37,677 nt of DNA from positions 1 through 37,677 of IMG/VR virus record IMGVR_UViG_3300024324_000038; one strand, 5' to 3'. Below are positions 9,887-21,900 of the stretch, piece by piece (positions within the stretch are counted from its first letter, which is position 1; each line of letters begins with the position of its first letter). A program made the position numbers and the translations under genes. This DNA is from a virus. Its lineage: Duplodnaviria > Caudoviricetes. The notes beneath the pieces were generated by a model that worked only from the letters and a program-made list of their open reading frames with translations, ran no database searches and was not told where the DNA came from.

Positions 9887-9943
9887 AGAAGTTTCTTTAG
9901 AATTGTGCTTTCTTTTTCGTACCTAAATATACGAGAAAGAAGG
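9879..9943 (+). other. Two tandem inverted repeats after gp8 (possible terminator or RNA-processing hairpins)
   Basis: AATTCTAAAGAA-GT-TTCTTTAGAATT (9879-9904, perfect) and CTTTCTTTTTCGTA-CCTAAATA-TACGAGAAAGAAGG (9908-9943, two G-U pairs). Confidence 0.6.
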
Positions 9944-9985
9944 GTTTAACAAACCAGTTAAATATTATTTTATCAGGAACGACTT

Positions 9986-12900
9986 ATGGCGATTAACTTT
10001 AATACCGCACCCTATTATGACGATTTCAACGCAGACGATAAGTTCTTGCAAATATTGTTTAATCCTGGACGTGCAGTACAAGCTCGTGAATTAACTCAAA
10101 TTCAATCAATCCTTCAGAACCAATTAAGTTCTGGTGCCAATCACATTTTCAAAAATGGCTCACCGACGGTTGGTGCAGAGTTGTCTCTGAATATTAGAAA
10201 TTATATTAAACTTGCTTCGGCAGACGCTTCTTGGAATGGTCGATATGTATATGGTGTTGAGAGTTTGGCAATCGCCCAGATAGTTCAGCTACACGACGAT
10301 GAAACTCAACCGATCTATTACATCAAACCACTATCTGGTAAGTTTGCAGATAGTGAACAAATTGATACATATGATACTGTGTGTAATGGTGGATTTGACC
10401 CTGAAGACCCAACGGTATGTCAAGATAATAGTTTTTACAATGCTACATTAACCTATAAGACAGGAACTTTAGTTGGTTCTGGAAAAGGAATGGAAGCAAC
10501 TATTAATAATGGTATTTATTATGTTAGTGGGCATTTTGTTCCAGTCCTCGCACAGACAATATTCTTAGATTACACAAACGACACTCCTACTCATGATGTG
10601 GGTCTTGATATCGAAGAAACTATTATTGAAGCAACGGTCGACCCTAGATTATTAGACCCTGCGTCTGGTTTTTATAACCAAAATGCTCCTGGAGCAGATA
10701 GGTATTCTATAAACCTGAAGTTGTCTAAGAGAGAAGATTCGGTTGACGGTACAGATTTCATCGAGATTCTTAAAGTTGCTTCCGGAGTTATCAGCACAAC
10801 AGTCGAACGCACAGCATATGCCGATGTTATTAAAGAATTGGCACAAAGGACGTACGACGAATCTGGGGACTATACTACATCTCATTTTCCTATTGAAATT
10901 AAAGATGCTGGAGAAAACTATACAATCAAAATTAATCCAGGTAAAGCATATGTTCGTGGGTACGAGAACGAGTTATTAGTTCCTATTGAAGTTAGTGCAC
11001 CGAAGGCAAGAGAAACTCGTACAATTAACGCAGACCACATACAAGTTGAATTTGGTCCATATTTTGAAATAGAAAACGTTAATGATATCGAAGGTGTGTT
11101 TGATATTCTACATAAAGAAAAGATATCATTTATAACAAACGTTGATGGTAGTGGTATTCCAAATTATGGTGGAACACTCGCAGAACAAACAATAGTTGGT
11201 CCTACAGATAGAAGAATTACACATTTAACAAAATTTGGTAATATGTACCGAATATACGTTGACAGCGATTTTGGTTTGGACGTTATTGCTCCTGCAACAT
11301 ATATTGTTTCTCAGACAAACCCTGATATATTTGTAAAATTATACAGACCTACTGGTGAAAGTGTTCAAAAAGGAACATTTAGACCTTGGATTTATCAATT
11401 ACAAAGAATGACTTCTTCTGTAACTGCAGGACAAACTAACTATTCAACCCAAAAAGATTTCGTTGTTACAATAAACGGTTCTAGTGAAACAATTAACAGT
11501 GCATACGCAAATATGCACTGGGAAAGAATCATTTATATTTACGACAAAACTTTAGGAACTATTATTCCTGAGTTTGGAACAGTATCTTCTGGAGTTGTTT
11601 GGCAGGCAGACTATACTGGAAACGAAAACGTACAGATTAGTATATTGAACCAGTCAGATTCAACATCAAACACGACATTACATTCTCATGACCTAGCAAT
11701 TATGTCTGATATGTATATTTCAAACGCAAATTGGAAGAATATTTCTTATACTACGTTTACGGAAGATGTTACATTAACAGCAAATAACGAATTAATATTA
11801 AATCCAGGTGTTACTGAAATTGTATCTATTACCGCACCAGATTTAAGTGACGCAACAGAAGACTTTTGGTTTTTTGAAGGTGAGTATGACACCGAACTTA
11901 AAGATGCATATGTTCAGTGGTCACATCCTACAAACGACCCGGCTCCTGGTGCCACATATTCTGTAACGTTTAAAGCATATACATACGGTGCTTCTACAAA
12001 CGCATCTATGTTTACAGTTAATTCGTACACAGATGCTGGTATTAATTACGGTGATATTGGTGCTTATGTTGGATATTCTGAACCTACAAATTATAGATTA
12101 GCAGATACGTTGGACTTTAGATGTACTTCGGGTAATTTCTTATCTGGTAACTATTTGCCACTACCTTCTTCTAACATTACAGTTTCGTATTCATACTACC
12201 TTCCTCGTGCTGATAGACTAACTATCAGCACTGATGGAGAATTCTCAATTAAACAAGGGTTTTCATCAGAAGGGGCATTGTTGCCAACAGAATTGCCGTC
12301 AGAAATGACCCTTTATAATTTCTATATTCCTCCATACACTTACGATGTTAAAAACATTTCTAAAACGTATGTAGATAACAAAAATTATAAAATGAGTGAT
12401 TTGCGTGATATGGATGAACGTATTTCTAGTTTAGAATATTACACATCATTGAATTTGCTTGAGCAGGATACTGCATCAATGCAAGTCCTTGACGAAAATG
12501 GGTTAGACCGTTACAAAAACGGTATGCTTGTAGATTCATTTACAGATCACGGTGTTGGAGATATTTCAAATAAAGAATATTTCATGTCCGTATATCCAGA
12601 AGCAGGTATTGCTACTACACCATTCACAATGAAAGGTTTTGATTTTGAGGTTGGAGACACAACTGGAATGCAAAACAACGGTCGTACGTTGACATTAGCA
12701 TACGACATCGTAGAAGGTTGGATTAGTCAATCGTTTGCATCTTCTATCCTTAATTTGAACCCGTTTGCCAAATTATCTTGGATCGGTTTCTTAGAAATTA
12801 GTCCAAATTCTGATACTTGGTTTGAAGAAACTTATGCTCCGTCAGTTATTGTTCAAAACGATAACAATAATAACGTTTTAGCACAAGTCGAAGCATTTGG

Positions 12901-15475
12901 AACTCAAACCCGTTGGGGATCTTGGGCAACTACTTGGACTGGTTGGAGTGATACTGGTGGCAAAAAAGACTTTGTTGCAGGTTCTACAGAAACAAAGTGG
13001 AGAGGTAGAACTATTGGTGGTTATGCTGGGCGTGTTGATGTTAATCAAATTGACGGACATGTAGCTGGTAACGGACATACAAATATTAAAGGATTTACGT
13101 TAGACAAAATTTGGAATCAGGGGTGGATGGCTACTAATACTTGGGTCGGTAATGGCGCAACTATTTTTAGACGACCTTCTAAAATGTTCAAATTGTGGAA
13201 AGATACTGTAACTAAAAATGCAACTTGGAAACAAGACCAAACAAGAACTTCTACTTCAGTAAGAACTGGAACTAAGACATGGAAAGAAACTAAAGACATC
13301 AGAACAACAATTGGTGATAAGCAAATCGATGCTTCGTCAATCAATTGGATGCGTTCTGTTGATATTACATTAACTGCAGATAAAATGCGTCCAGAAACAC
13401 AGTTGCATTTTGTATTTGATGGCATTAACGTAGACGCGTACTGCAGGCCTGCAGACGGAGAATACGGTGACGCAGTCAGAACAGATAGTGCAGGAAGAGT
13501 AAGAGACGCAATATTCACTATTCCGTCAGAAAAAGAAGGAATAAGGTTTAATACTGGTCGAAGAACTTTACAAGTGCAAGACGCATATGATGAAACTATG
13601 ACTACACAAACGTCTGCCGTCTTCACTTCTGCTGGTACTTTGAATACAAGACAAAGAACAATTCTTAGTACATTAGAATCTGTAACTAAAAGTGAAACAG
13701 TTAATGGTTCAAAGAATGGTACTGAAGGTAAAACAATACAACGTGGTGGTGGTACAACTACTTCTTCTACATCTAAAACTATTCGTGAATACTACGATCC
13801 TGTTGCAGAATCATTTATGGTGTCAAATCAAGAAGGTGGAGTATTTATCGATTCAATCGATTTATATTTCTATTCTAAAGACACAGGAGAAGTTCCTGTA
13901 AGGTGCGAGATCCGTGAAATGATGAACGGTTATCCTATGTTTGATGCTCTGCCTATGGCAAGCACGTTTGTATATCCTGATGATGTTTATACTTCAGATA
14001 ATGGAACTGCTAATACAAGGTTTACGTTTGCGGATCCAATTTACCTGATGAACGGAACTGAATACTGTTTCGTTGTTATTTCTGATTCATTAGAATATAA
14101 TGTTTGGATTTCTGAATTAGGTGATAGAGATAGAGCTACTGGTACATATATTTCAACTCAACCTTTCTTAGGTTCTATGTTCACTTCGCAAAATAACTCG
14201 ACTTGGACGCCAGAACAAACCAAAGACCTTAAATTCCAATTGAATAAGTGTAAATTTGAAACTAATTCTGTTGCGACGGTTCAGTATAACATGAAATCGT
14301 TCGAAGGAATTCATTCGGCAACTGGATTTACTCCAAATTTCCAACCTATGAAATTATCAGGAACTGATGTAAATTATTCAATGGTAGTAAATTCTGATAT
14401 ACAAAATATCATGGCAAATATTGAAGACGGTGTTGATGAAGCATTTGAGTCGGTTACTTCGCTAGACGGGTCTCAGACGATCGCAAGTGGTTATGCATAT
14501 ACTCCTCTTTCAATCATTAGTGAACTGTCAACCACAAATGAAAACATCTCTCCAGTATTTAATAAAGAAAGGTTAAGTATTATAACTAGAAATAATGTTG
14601 TTCATGATGGTGCGACTGAGGGTCACAATTCTGCCGGAGTTTATGTATCTAGAATGGTACAACTATCTAATCCAGCAGAAGATCTAAACATGTGGTTGTC
14701 TATTCAAGAAAATCCAGAAACTTATGTTAAAGTATTTTACGATACTGGAGAAACTATTCCTCGTTATATTGATATAGATTTCAATAGTAATGTTGAAACT
14801 ATGGGGTATTATTCTGTAAATGACTTTGAACAAGAATATGCGTTTGTTTATAACACTTCTCCTGAAGACCAAATTACTGCAGGTTCGCCTACGCAGTCGT
14901 CATGGAATGGTACTGTAAGTGCATACGATTCAAGTTTGTATATCGATGGAGACAATGATCCAGAAAATTTAACCAGAATGCATGTTGTGGATATTTCTAA
15001 TATGAAGTCCGTATCTCAAGGTTCTTGGGTTTCTAAATACGATTTAAACGGAATCGGAAAAGATACAGGAAATTTAGCAAACTATGCTCTTGGTGAAATG
15101 TGGTTTGGAACAGCAGGAAACAATTTAGATAAGAAAGTGTACAGAAAAGTTACTCTACAAGACAACTCTGTCGGCAAAGAAGAAGTTCCAATATTACAAA
15201 TCTCGTCACTGGTTGACGCAGAACATGTTGATTTTGTAAATGGATTGTCGGTTATAGAAGAACCTGCGATCACTTGGAGAGAAATGATGGATACTGGTGC
15301 TTCTAGTTCTAATTCTAACATTAATACTGATATGGAGTTTTTAGAGCACACATTTAAACCTTTGAAAAAAATAACAAAAGAGTTTAGCAGTTTTAGAATT
15401 AAAATTGAAATGTACACCACTAATGCTGTGTTTATGCCTGCTATTCGTGAGTTACGTGTATTAGCAGTAACATAG
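9986..15475 (+). CDS. VrlC-like / DUF4815 large virion structural protein
   Basis: N-terminal PYYDDF...LFNPGRAVQARELTQIQSILQNQ, APGADRY, LAQRTYDESGDY, PGKAYVRGYE, LEYYTSLNLLE, DPVAESF, GSMFTSQNNSTWT...DLKF and C-terminal FSSFRIKI...PAIRELRVLA. Confidence 0.85.
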   Translation: MAINFNTAPYYDDFNADDKFLQILFNPGRAVQARELTQIQSILQNQLSSGANHIFKNGSPTVGAELSLNIRNYIKLASADASWNGRYVYGVESLAIAQIVQLHDDETQPIYYIKPLSGKFADSEQIDTYDTVCNGGFDPEDPTVCQDNSFYNATLTYKTGTLVGSGKGMEATINNGIYYVSGHFVPVLAQTIFLDYTNDTPTHDVGLDIEETIIEATVDPRLLDPASGFYNQNAPGADRYSINLKLSKREDSVDGTDFIEILKVASGVISTTVERTAYADVIKELAQRTYDESGDYTTSHFPIEIKDAGENYTIKINPGKAYVRGYENELLVPIEVSAPKARETRTINADHIQVEFGPYFEIENVNDIEGVFDILHKEKISFITNVDGSGIPNYGGTLAEQTIVGPTDRRITHLTKFGNMYRIYVDSDFGLDVIAPATYIVSQTNPDIFVKLYRPTGESVQKGTFRPWIYQLQRMTSSVTAGQTNYSTQKDFVVTINGSSETINSAYANMHWERIIYIYDKTLGTIIPEFGTVSSGVVWQADYTGNENVQISILNQSDSTSNTTLHSHDLAIMSDMYISNANWKNISYTTFTEDVTLTANNELILNPGVTEIVSITAPDLSDATEDFWFFEGEYDTELKDAYVQWSHPTNDPAPGATYSVTFKAYTYGASTNASMFTVNSYTDAGINYGDIGAYVGYSEPTNYRLADTLDFRCTSGNFLSGNYLPLPSSNITVSYSYYLPRADRLTISTDGEFSIKQGFSSEGALLPTELPSEMTLYNFYIPPYTYDVKNISKTYVDNKNYKMSDLRDMDERISSLEYYTSLNLLEQDTASMQVLDENGLDRYKNGMLVDSFTDHGVGDISNKEYFMSVYPEAGIATTPFTMKGFDFEVGDTTGMQNNGRTLTLAYDIVEGWISQSFASSILNLNPFAKLSWIGFLEISPNSDTWFEETYAPSVIVQNDNNNNVLAQVEAFGTQTRWGSWATTWTGWSDTGGKKDFVAGSTETKWRGRTIGGYAGRVDVNQIDGHVAGNGHTNIKGFTLDKIWNQGWMATNTWVGNGATIFRRPSKMFKLWKDTVTKNATWKQDQTRTSTSVRTGTKTWKETKDIRTTIGDKQIDASSINWMRSVDITLTADKMRPETQLHFVFDGINVDAYCRPADGEYGDAVRTDSAGRVRDAIFTIPSEKEGIRFNTGRRTLQVQDAYDETMTTQTSAVFTSAGTLNTRQRTILSTLESVTKSETVNGSKNGTEGKTIQRGGGTTTSSTSKTIREYYDPVAESFMVSNQEGGVFIDSIDLYFYSKDTGEVPVRCEIREMMNGYPMFDALPMASTFVYPDDVYTSDNGTANTRFTFADPIYLMNGTEYCFVVISDSLEYNVWISELGDRDRATGTYISTQPFLGSMFTSQNNSTWTPEQTKDLKFQLNKCKFETNSVATVQYNMKSFEGIHSATGFTPNFQPMKLSGTDVNYSMVVNSDIQNIMANIEDGVDEAFESVTSLDGSQTIASGYAYTPLSIISELSTTNENISPVFNKERLSIITRNNVVHDGATEGHNSAGVYVSRMVQLSNPAEDLNMWLSIQENPETYVKVFYDTGETIPRYIDIDFNSNVETMGYYSVNDFEQEYAFVYNTSPEDQITAGSPTQSSWNGTVSAYDSSLYIDGDNDPENLTRMHVVDISNMKSVSQGSWVSKYDLNGIGKDTGNLANYALGEMWFGTAGNNLDKKVYRKVTLQDNSVGKEEVPILQISSLVDAEHVDFVNGLSVIEEPAITWREMMDTGASSSNSNINTDMEFLEHTFKPLKKITKEFSSFRIKIEMYTTNAVFMPAIRELRVLAVT

Positions 15476-15485
15476 GAGATTTTAT

Positions 15486-15698
15486 ATGAACAATCCAAAA
15501 TACATTAAAGACCCAATTACTGGAGCTGTTGTTTTTCAAGACGCAGACGCTTATGCTAACCGCAAAGAAATCATTAAAAAGCAAAAAGACATTAAGTCTG
15601 TGAACAATGACACCAAAACAGTTATAAATAGTTTAAGGAATGAAGTTACTGAATTAAAAGAGTTAGTCAAAATTTTATTAAAAGATAAGGAGTTATAA
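15486..15698 (+). CDS. Small coiled-coil protein of the type that follows VrlC-like genes in T4-like phages
   Basis: SD AGGAG; KDPITGAVV N-terminal motif; heptad C-terminus (INSLRNEVTELKELVKILL); stop overlaps the next ATG (TAATG). Confidence 0.75.
   Translation: MNNPKYIKDPITGAVVFQDADAYANRKEIIKKQKDIKSVNNDTKTVINSLRNEVTELKELVKILLKDKEL
15623..15630 (+). promoter_or_regulatory. T4-type late promoter box inside the small ORF, upstream of 15698 and 15917
   Basis: Exact TATAAATA. Confidence 0.55.
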
Positions 15699-15898
15699 TG
15701 GCTTTAGAAGTAAAAGATATCCCTTATGTTCGTAAAGACGACACGTTTAAAACGTGGAGAGAACGTACTAACCAGATGATTCAACAACAAAATAACTACG
15801 TAAGGTTACAAGAATTTCAAATGCTCGGAATGAGTGACGAATATGTGATCGCATCAATGCAAATGAACTTAGTAGAAATTACTAATCAAAACGATTAA
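15698..15898 (+). CDS. 66-aa protein consisting of a DTFxxWRxxTN fibre/structural N-terminal motif
   Basis: SD AAGGAG; VRKDDTFKTWRERTNQM resembles the N-terminus of marine myophage fibre proteins. Confidence 0.7.
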   Translation: MALEVKDIPYVRKDDTFKTWRERTNQMIQQQNNYVRLQEFQMLGMSDEYVIASMQMNLVEITNQND

Positions 15899-15916
15899 TT
15901 ATAGGAATTAAACAAT

Positions 15917-18900
15917 ATGTCTTATCAAACTTACACACTTGCTGAATTAGCAACGATTGAACAGCAAAAAGAAGATTACATTGATTCGTTAAATATTAAA
16001 TTATCGGATCCAGGGCTTCAAGTAAAAGATTTAGCTTTGATGTTGAAATCGCTTGAGATTATGGACAATATGGAACACATGTCTTCGTTCAAGACGTTCA
16101 TTGTAAATATTGCAGCCAGATCGGCGCAATTCGTATCTCCTACAGAATTGATTGATAATGGTGGACTAGCAACAAAATACCTTTCTGACAACTTAGTTCA
16201 AAATGCTGGATTTGAGTCTGATGCAATGGAAATTGAATTGTGTAAACAATCTACTTTTGATTCTGGTATTGATTTAAGTTCTCCTTGGAATAATGGTATT
16301 GCATATAAATTCGACACATTAGTTGCTGAAGGTACTGCAATCATTTCATCATATTCTGATGGTGAAAATGATGCCGTAGCATGGTTTGACGTTAATTTAA
16401 AACCAAACACTCAATACAAATTTTCTTATGACTTAATCGTAAATAACGTAAATTGGGACTTGCCTTGGGGTGGTCGAAATATGGTTGACATTCCTTCAAT
16501 CGATGAAGCAATTTTTTCTGAAACTGGTGGTGGTCCTGATTCGCAACAATACGTTGTATCTGTTATCGAAGATGCTAATATGGTTCGTCCAACGTGTGAC
16601 GGTGTAATTGCACAGTGGGTTGATGGTGGTATTGACCAAATGGAAGCAGATTGTTTAGCTGCTTCTGGTACTTGGGTGCTTGGAAACGTGAACGATCCAA
16701 ATACACATCAACACACTATTGTTCCTTATCATTTAGAAGCACGTGAAGGTGATATTATTCATTTCACAAACCCATCAAACAACGTTTTGGTACACAATGC
16801 TGTATCCGACGACAATGTTTCATTCACATCTCCAGACTTGAATCCAGGCGAATCTTGGTCTTGGGTTGTTGATGGATATCACGACTTATATTTCCATTGT
16901 ACGTTCCACCCTCTTGAAGAAGGTAGAATGACAACTAAAACTAATCATAGATATGTTTATAATGTTGACCACGGATTAAATCCTGGCGATACTATTAAGA
17001 TTCCAGTGAATTATGGAACTATGGAACCAATTCCAAACTTATCAAATTCATACGATATCAATATTCCTATGAGCAACGTTTGTTCGTCTGTTGGTGGTGC
17101 TGGTGACCAAACTGTTGTAGATTCTTTATATCACGATTTATCGTTAAATCAATTAGTTACATTTCAATCAGGTGAAATTGAATTAGACCCTGATGCGGCT
17201 GCTCCTGTATCAGTAGAATTTTCTACAGATAATGAAATCCAACCAGCCGTGGCTAGTGTTAATATTACTGCTGGTTCTGTATATAACATAACATTAATCA
17301 ACGGAGGGTTATATTCAGAAGTTCCTTCATTATCTATCGTGGGTGGTGGAGGTTATGGTGCTACTGCAGATATTGAATTTGAAGGCAATATAACTTCAAT
17401 CACACTAGACAATGACGAAGTAACAGGACTTCCTGGTGGAGAAGGGTACATTACAGTTCCTGAAGTTCAGATTTCAGGAGGATTCCCAACAACACCAGCA
17501 ACAGCAGTTGCAACGATTGCTGGAGGAAAGGTAACAGGGATTACTATTACTAATCCAGGCTCCGGATACAAATCTTCTCCGACGGTTATTCTGGTTGGTT
17601 CTGGAAACCAAGACGCAGGTGGACTACCATTAGACCCCACGATGTCTGCAGTGGCAACGGCGACAATGGAAGGAACAATTACATCATTAACATTAACCAA
17701 TGGTGGTCTTGCGTATGGATCTACTGGTGGTGTTGGTGCAGGTGAAAGACAATGGGAAACATATGTAGTATCTGCTGTAACAAAAGGTTCTGAAAGAATC
17801 GACGTATTTTTAGACGACGTTAATGCAATGGGACATGTGCATACTTTAACAATCACAACATCTCAATACGACACAATTAAAACAGGAACTCCTACCTTAA
17901 TTGACACGACTGCAGACGATTCTGGTCATACTCATACATGTACATTCGATTGGAATCCTATACTTAACAACGGTGATGGTGGATTGGTTCTTGTTGGAAT
18001 GACCGGAACTCACACTCACAATTTAGATGAGTATTTTGAAATTTCTGGTGGTACGAAAATTGAATTAGTCAACTTTGGACATTATCATGAAGTATTGATT
18101 ACCGAAGCAGACGAAGCAACATTAAAAGCAGGTATCATAACTGTTACTGGTGAAAACCCAGACGGAACTAATGCCCATGACGGAAGTGGTGTCACTATCA
18201 CAAGAACTTCTGATTTTGGTACTTCAGATCCTCAGCATTTCCATACTGTTGAATTCGGTTGTATTGATGCAGCTAACGATTTATATGTTATTACCGCTAT
18301 CGACCAACATATTCATGACTTTGGTCGTGTTTGGTATCCTGGATCTAACTTGTTTGGTATTTCTCAATATGATTCTTCTATCGACGGTGGTGACGATTTA
18401 AATCCAACATCAATATCAAATCCATTTACAGAATTATCAGGTTTTGTTAAAAAACGTAGAGGTATTAATTCAGCAGATCATGGATTGATTCCTGGACAAA
18501 GAATCCATTACACTAACGTTTACAATGGTATTCATCACGGTAACACGAATTACTGGGTTAAAAATGTTATTGACAAAGATAATTTTGTATTAACAGAATC
18601 TACTGTTTATCCATTAGCAAATGCTCCTGGCACTACTCCAACGACGTTTAATGTAATCGAGCAATATACTGTTGTTTCTGACTTAGCATCTTACAGATTC
18701 CAAGTTGAACGTGATATTACTAATCACATTGGTTCTGCTTATGTAGAAGGTGTTCAATTAGAATGGTCACGACCTAACACAGTTCATTCAAACCAACACG
18801 GTTTGACAGTAGGTGATGTTGTACAATTACCATCAGGTGCGCAGGACTATACTCCGTCTGAACAACCAGGCGCTATGAACGACCACATTGTTGTTGCTCT

Positions 18901-21900
18901 TGGTGATGGTTACGGTCCGACCGAAAATATGGAAATTGTTGTTGATACTCAAACTACAATCACGTTGGCAGATCCAAATGCTTCTGTTGTTGAAGGTGCT
19001 CAAGACACTCCTTGGTATTGGTCTTGGTGGGACAGAACTGATGTTTCTTATGCTCCTTATCAAAGAGACGAAGCTGCTTACGAATCATTCGGTGGTAATG
19101 ATGGAACAAATGGTGGTTTCCAATTATTTAGAGGTGGAACATACACATTCATCAATAATGCATGGAGCACGTTAGCACATACTCCACCAGATGCTCCGAT
19201 TCAAATGTATATGCACGCTGCTGGTATTAAAGCAATTCCAGGTGCAGGTTGGGACAACTTAGTACAAGCAGGAATGCTTGAAACTGGTGGAAACAATTGT
19301 ATTTCAATGAGAGCAAATCATGGTTTAACAGTTGTTACTGGTGACCATAATGAATTTGTAAACACAGACGAAGAGCCAGGGCAATGGATCGGTAATGAAC
19401 CTTTCCCGGAGTGTGCTAGTTTAGGTGGTTGGTGTGAAGAATTAGACGTGGATGGTTGGTATTATAATGGTGTTGATGATAGACTTGCTTGTGAAGCATT
19501 AAATCCTACTGAAGAAATCGGACTTGCACAATGGAGATATTCATTATTCAGAGGTAATTTCTCTAAAGAATTTACTTGGACGATTCCTGAAGACTTTGGT
19601 CTTACTGGTTCTGACGGTCAATCTGGATTAGGTCCATTCATCGCTCCTGGAGCCTTAAATGGTTCATACAACGTTGAAGCATATAATGGTTTATACAAAT
19701 TTGATAAATCGGGTATGATTGAAGGAACGAATAGAACTTTAAACTTATATCGTGGTGGTACTTACAGATTCTACGTGAATGCTGTTGGACATCCTTTCTA
19801 CTTCACGACTGACGATGGTTCACATTTCACTCCAGGTACATACTTTGGTGAATACACTTTAGGTGTTACTGGAACAAGAGAAGAAGTTGGTGCAGGTGTA
19901 CAAACTGAAGGAGATCCTACGTTCTTATGGGACAATGACGATTCTGGTGTTCCTAAATATGCTGTTGTTGAAATTACAATCGCTGAATCTGCTCCTGATA
20001 CTTTATTCTATCAATGTGGATGGCATGGATCAATGGGTGGTGTAATTAACGTAATCGACGTTCCTGTAACTGAAGTTGGTGAAGATATTATTGTTTATTA
20101 CCATCACGGGCAAGACAATATGTACACACCTTTACATATCAAGGATAAAATTGTTGTTGATAATGGAACATCTACAGATTACTTCCAAGTACAGCCTGAA
20201 CCAGAAAATGCATTTCCTGTTAAAGGAACTCAGGCACAAATCACAGGTTCTGGAAACTTATTAACTGCTGCTGGATTAGGTGTTACTCCAACAGTTCAAG
20301 TACGTAATATTGAATTGGGTACTGAGCAATGGGTTGATGAAGTTGTTATGAACAAAGGTGTTGGTTCTGAATCATTTGTTGTAAGTAACAATTTCACTGG
20401 TAATGCTAAGTTTTATATTAGCACTAAGGCAGGAGAAAGAACAAACTTTACGTTAAGTAATGTGTCGTTTACAGAATCTCCTTGGTCTGAATCAGGTTCT
20501 TTCCAAGTTGAAGCAGGTACTGCATTTACTACTGACGCATTAGTCGGTGGAACTCTTGAGCAAATTGTTACTGGTTCAGTTGTTGCTGGTGAAGAATATG
20601 AAATTAGTTATGAAGTCCTTGAATCGTTCGTTGATGCTGGTGGATTCGCAACTGGAACGATTCAAGTCAAATTAATTGGCGATACTACTGCCGAAGGTGC
20701 TATTAATACTGTTTCTGGAATTTATTCAGAAACATTGGTTGCCCCTGTTAATACAACAAAAATGATTATTGTTGCTACTGGTGTTGGTAAACTTGATAAT
20801 ATTTCTCTAAGAGAACGTGTTACTGGGCAAAACGCTTGGTTCTTCGGTGAAGGTTGGGACACTATTAATGGTGAAGCAATGGCTGACGGCACAGTACAAT
20901 CACTTTCTGAAATTAGTCAAACTGTACCTTTCGAAAGTGGAAAACTTTATGAAATTAAATATAGCCTTGATAATTTGGACCCAGAAGGTGACGGTTCTCA
21001 AGGTCGTTTGCAGTTAGCATTAGGTAGTAACCCTTACAACTTAATTAAAAACTGGAACTTTGATGCTGTAAATGCTGGAGCCATTAATTGGACGTCCACT
21101 GGGTCAAGTATAACACTTGACAACGGTAAAATGAATTTTATTGATTCGGTTGATGAAGTATTGACATACACTTTTGCTGAGAATTTAAACAATGGTGCTC
21201 AATATGAAGTAATAATGAACGTCGAAAGTGTATCAGGCACTATCCATAACTTTAGAGTTTATGGTGGTGCATCTCATGACCACACTTTCGAATTGACTCA
21301 GTCTGAATATGATTTCTTGAAGTTTAATGAAGGAGCAACATTAACAACAATTCAAACTGATACGAATCATGCGAATTTATATGAGCACACATTTACTGTT
21401 GTTTATGATTCTTCATTAGAGAACGTTTTATTTACAATTTCTGGTGGCGATTCAGACCACACACATACATACACTTGTTCGTTTGACACATACAACAGTA
21501 TCATTTCTGGTAATATTGATAAATTGGACATGAGTAATTTGACTCAAACTGACACGACTCATGAGCACGGAATTATTATCAAGCATAGTGATTTAGGGTT
21601 TGTGTTGACGTCTGACAATAATATTGATCATGTTCATACCACAGTTTACAACGATTCTAGTGACTCGGGAATGAGAATTCAGACATACACATTCTGGGAA
21701 AATCACGATGACGTCGAAGAAACTAATTTGGTTACAGTAACTTCTGATATTGAAATATCATTAGGTACTGGAGCTAATGCTGTTACTACCGACAGTATTA
21801 ATACCGTCGGTAGTCATATTATTCCAATTACAGGAACAATAGGTAATACTGCTTCTATTAAAGTGAACGGAACAGGAATTATCAATTCAATCAAGTTGCA

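Noticed and set aside
15896-15919. Readthrough fusion of the 66-aa ORF with the in-frame 2343-aa ORF
   Set aside because: Two different stops intervene (TAA TTA TAG) and the downstream gene has its own SD.
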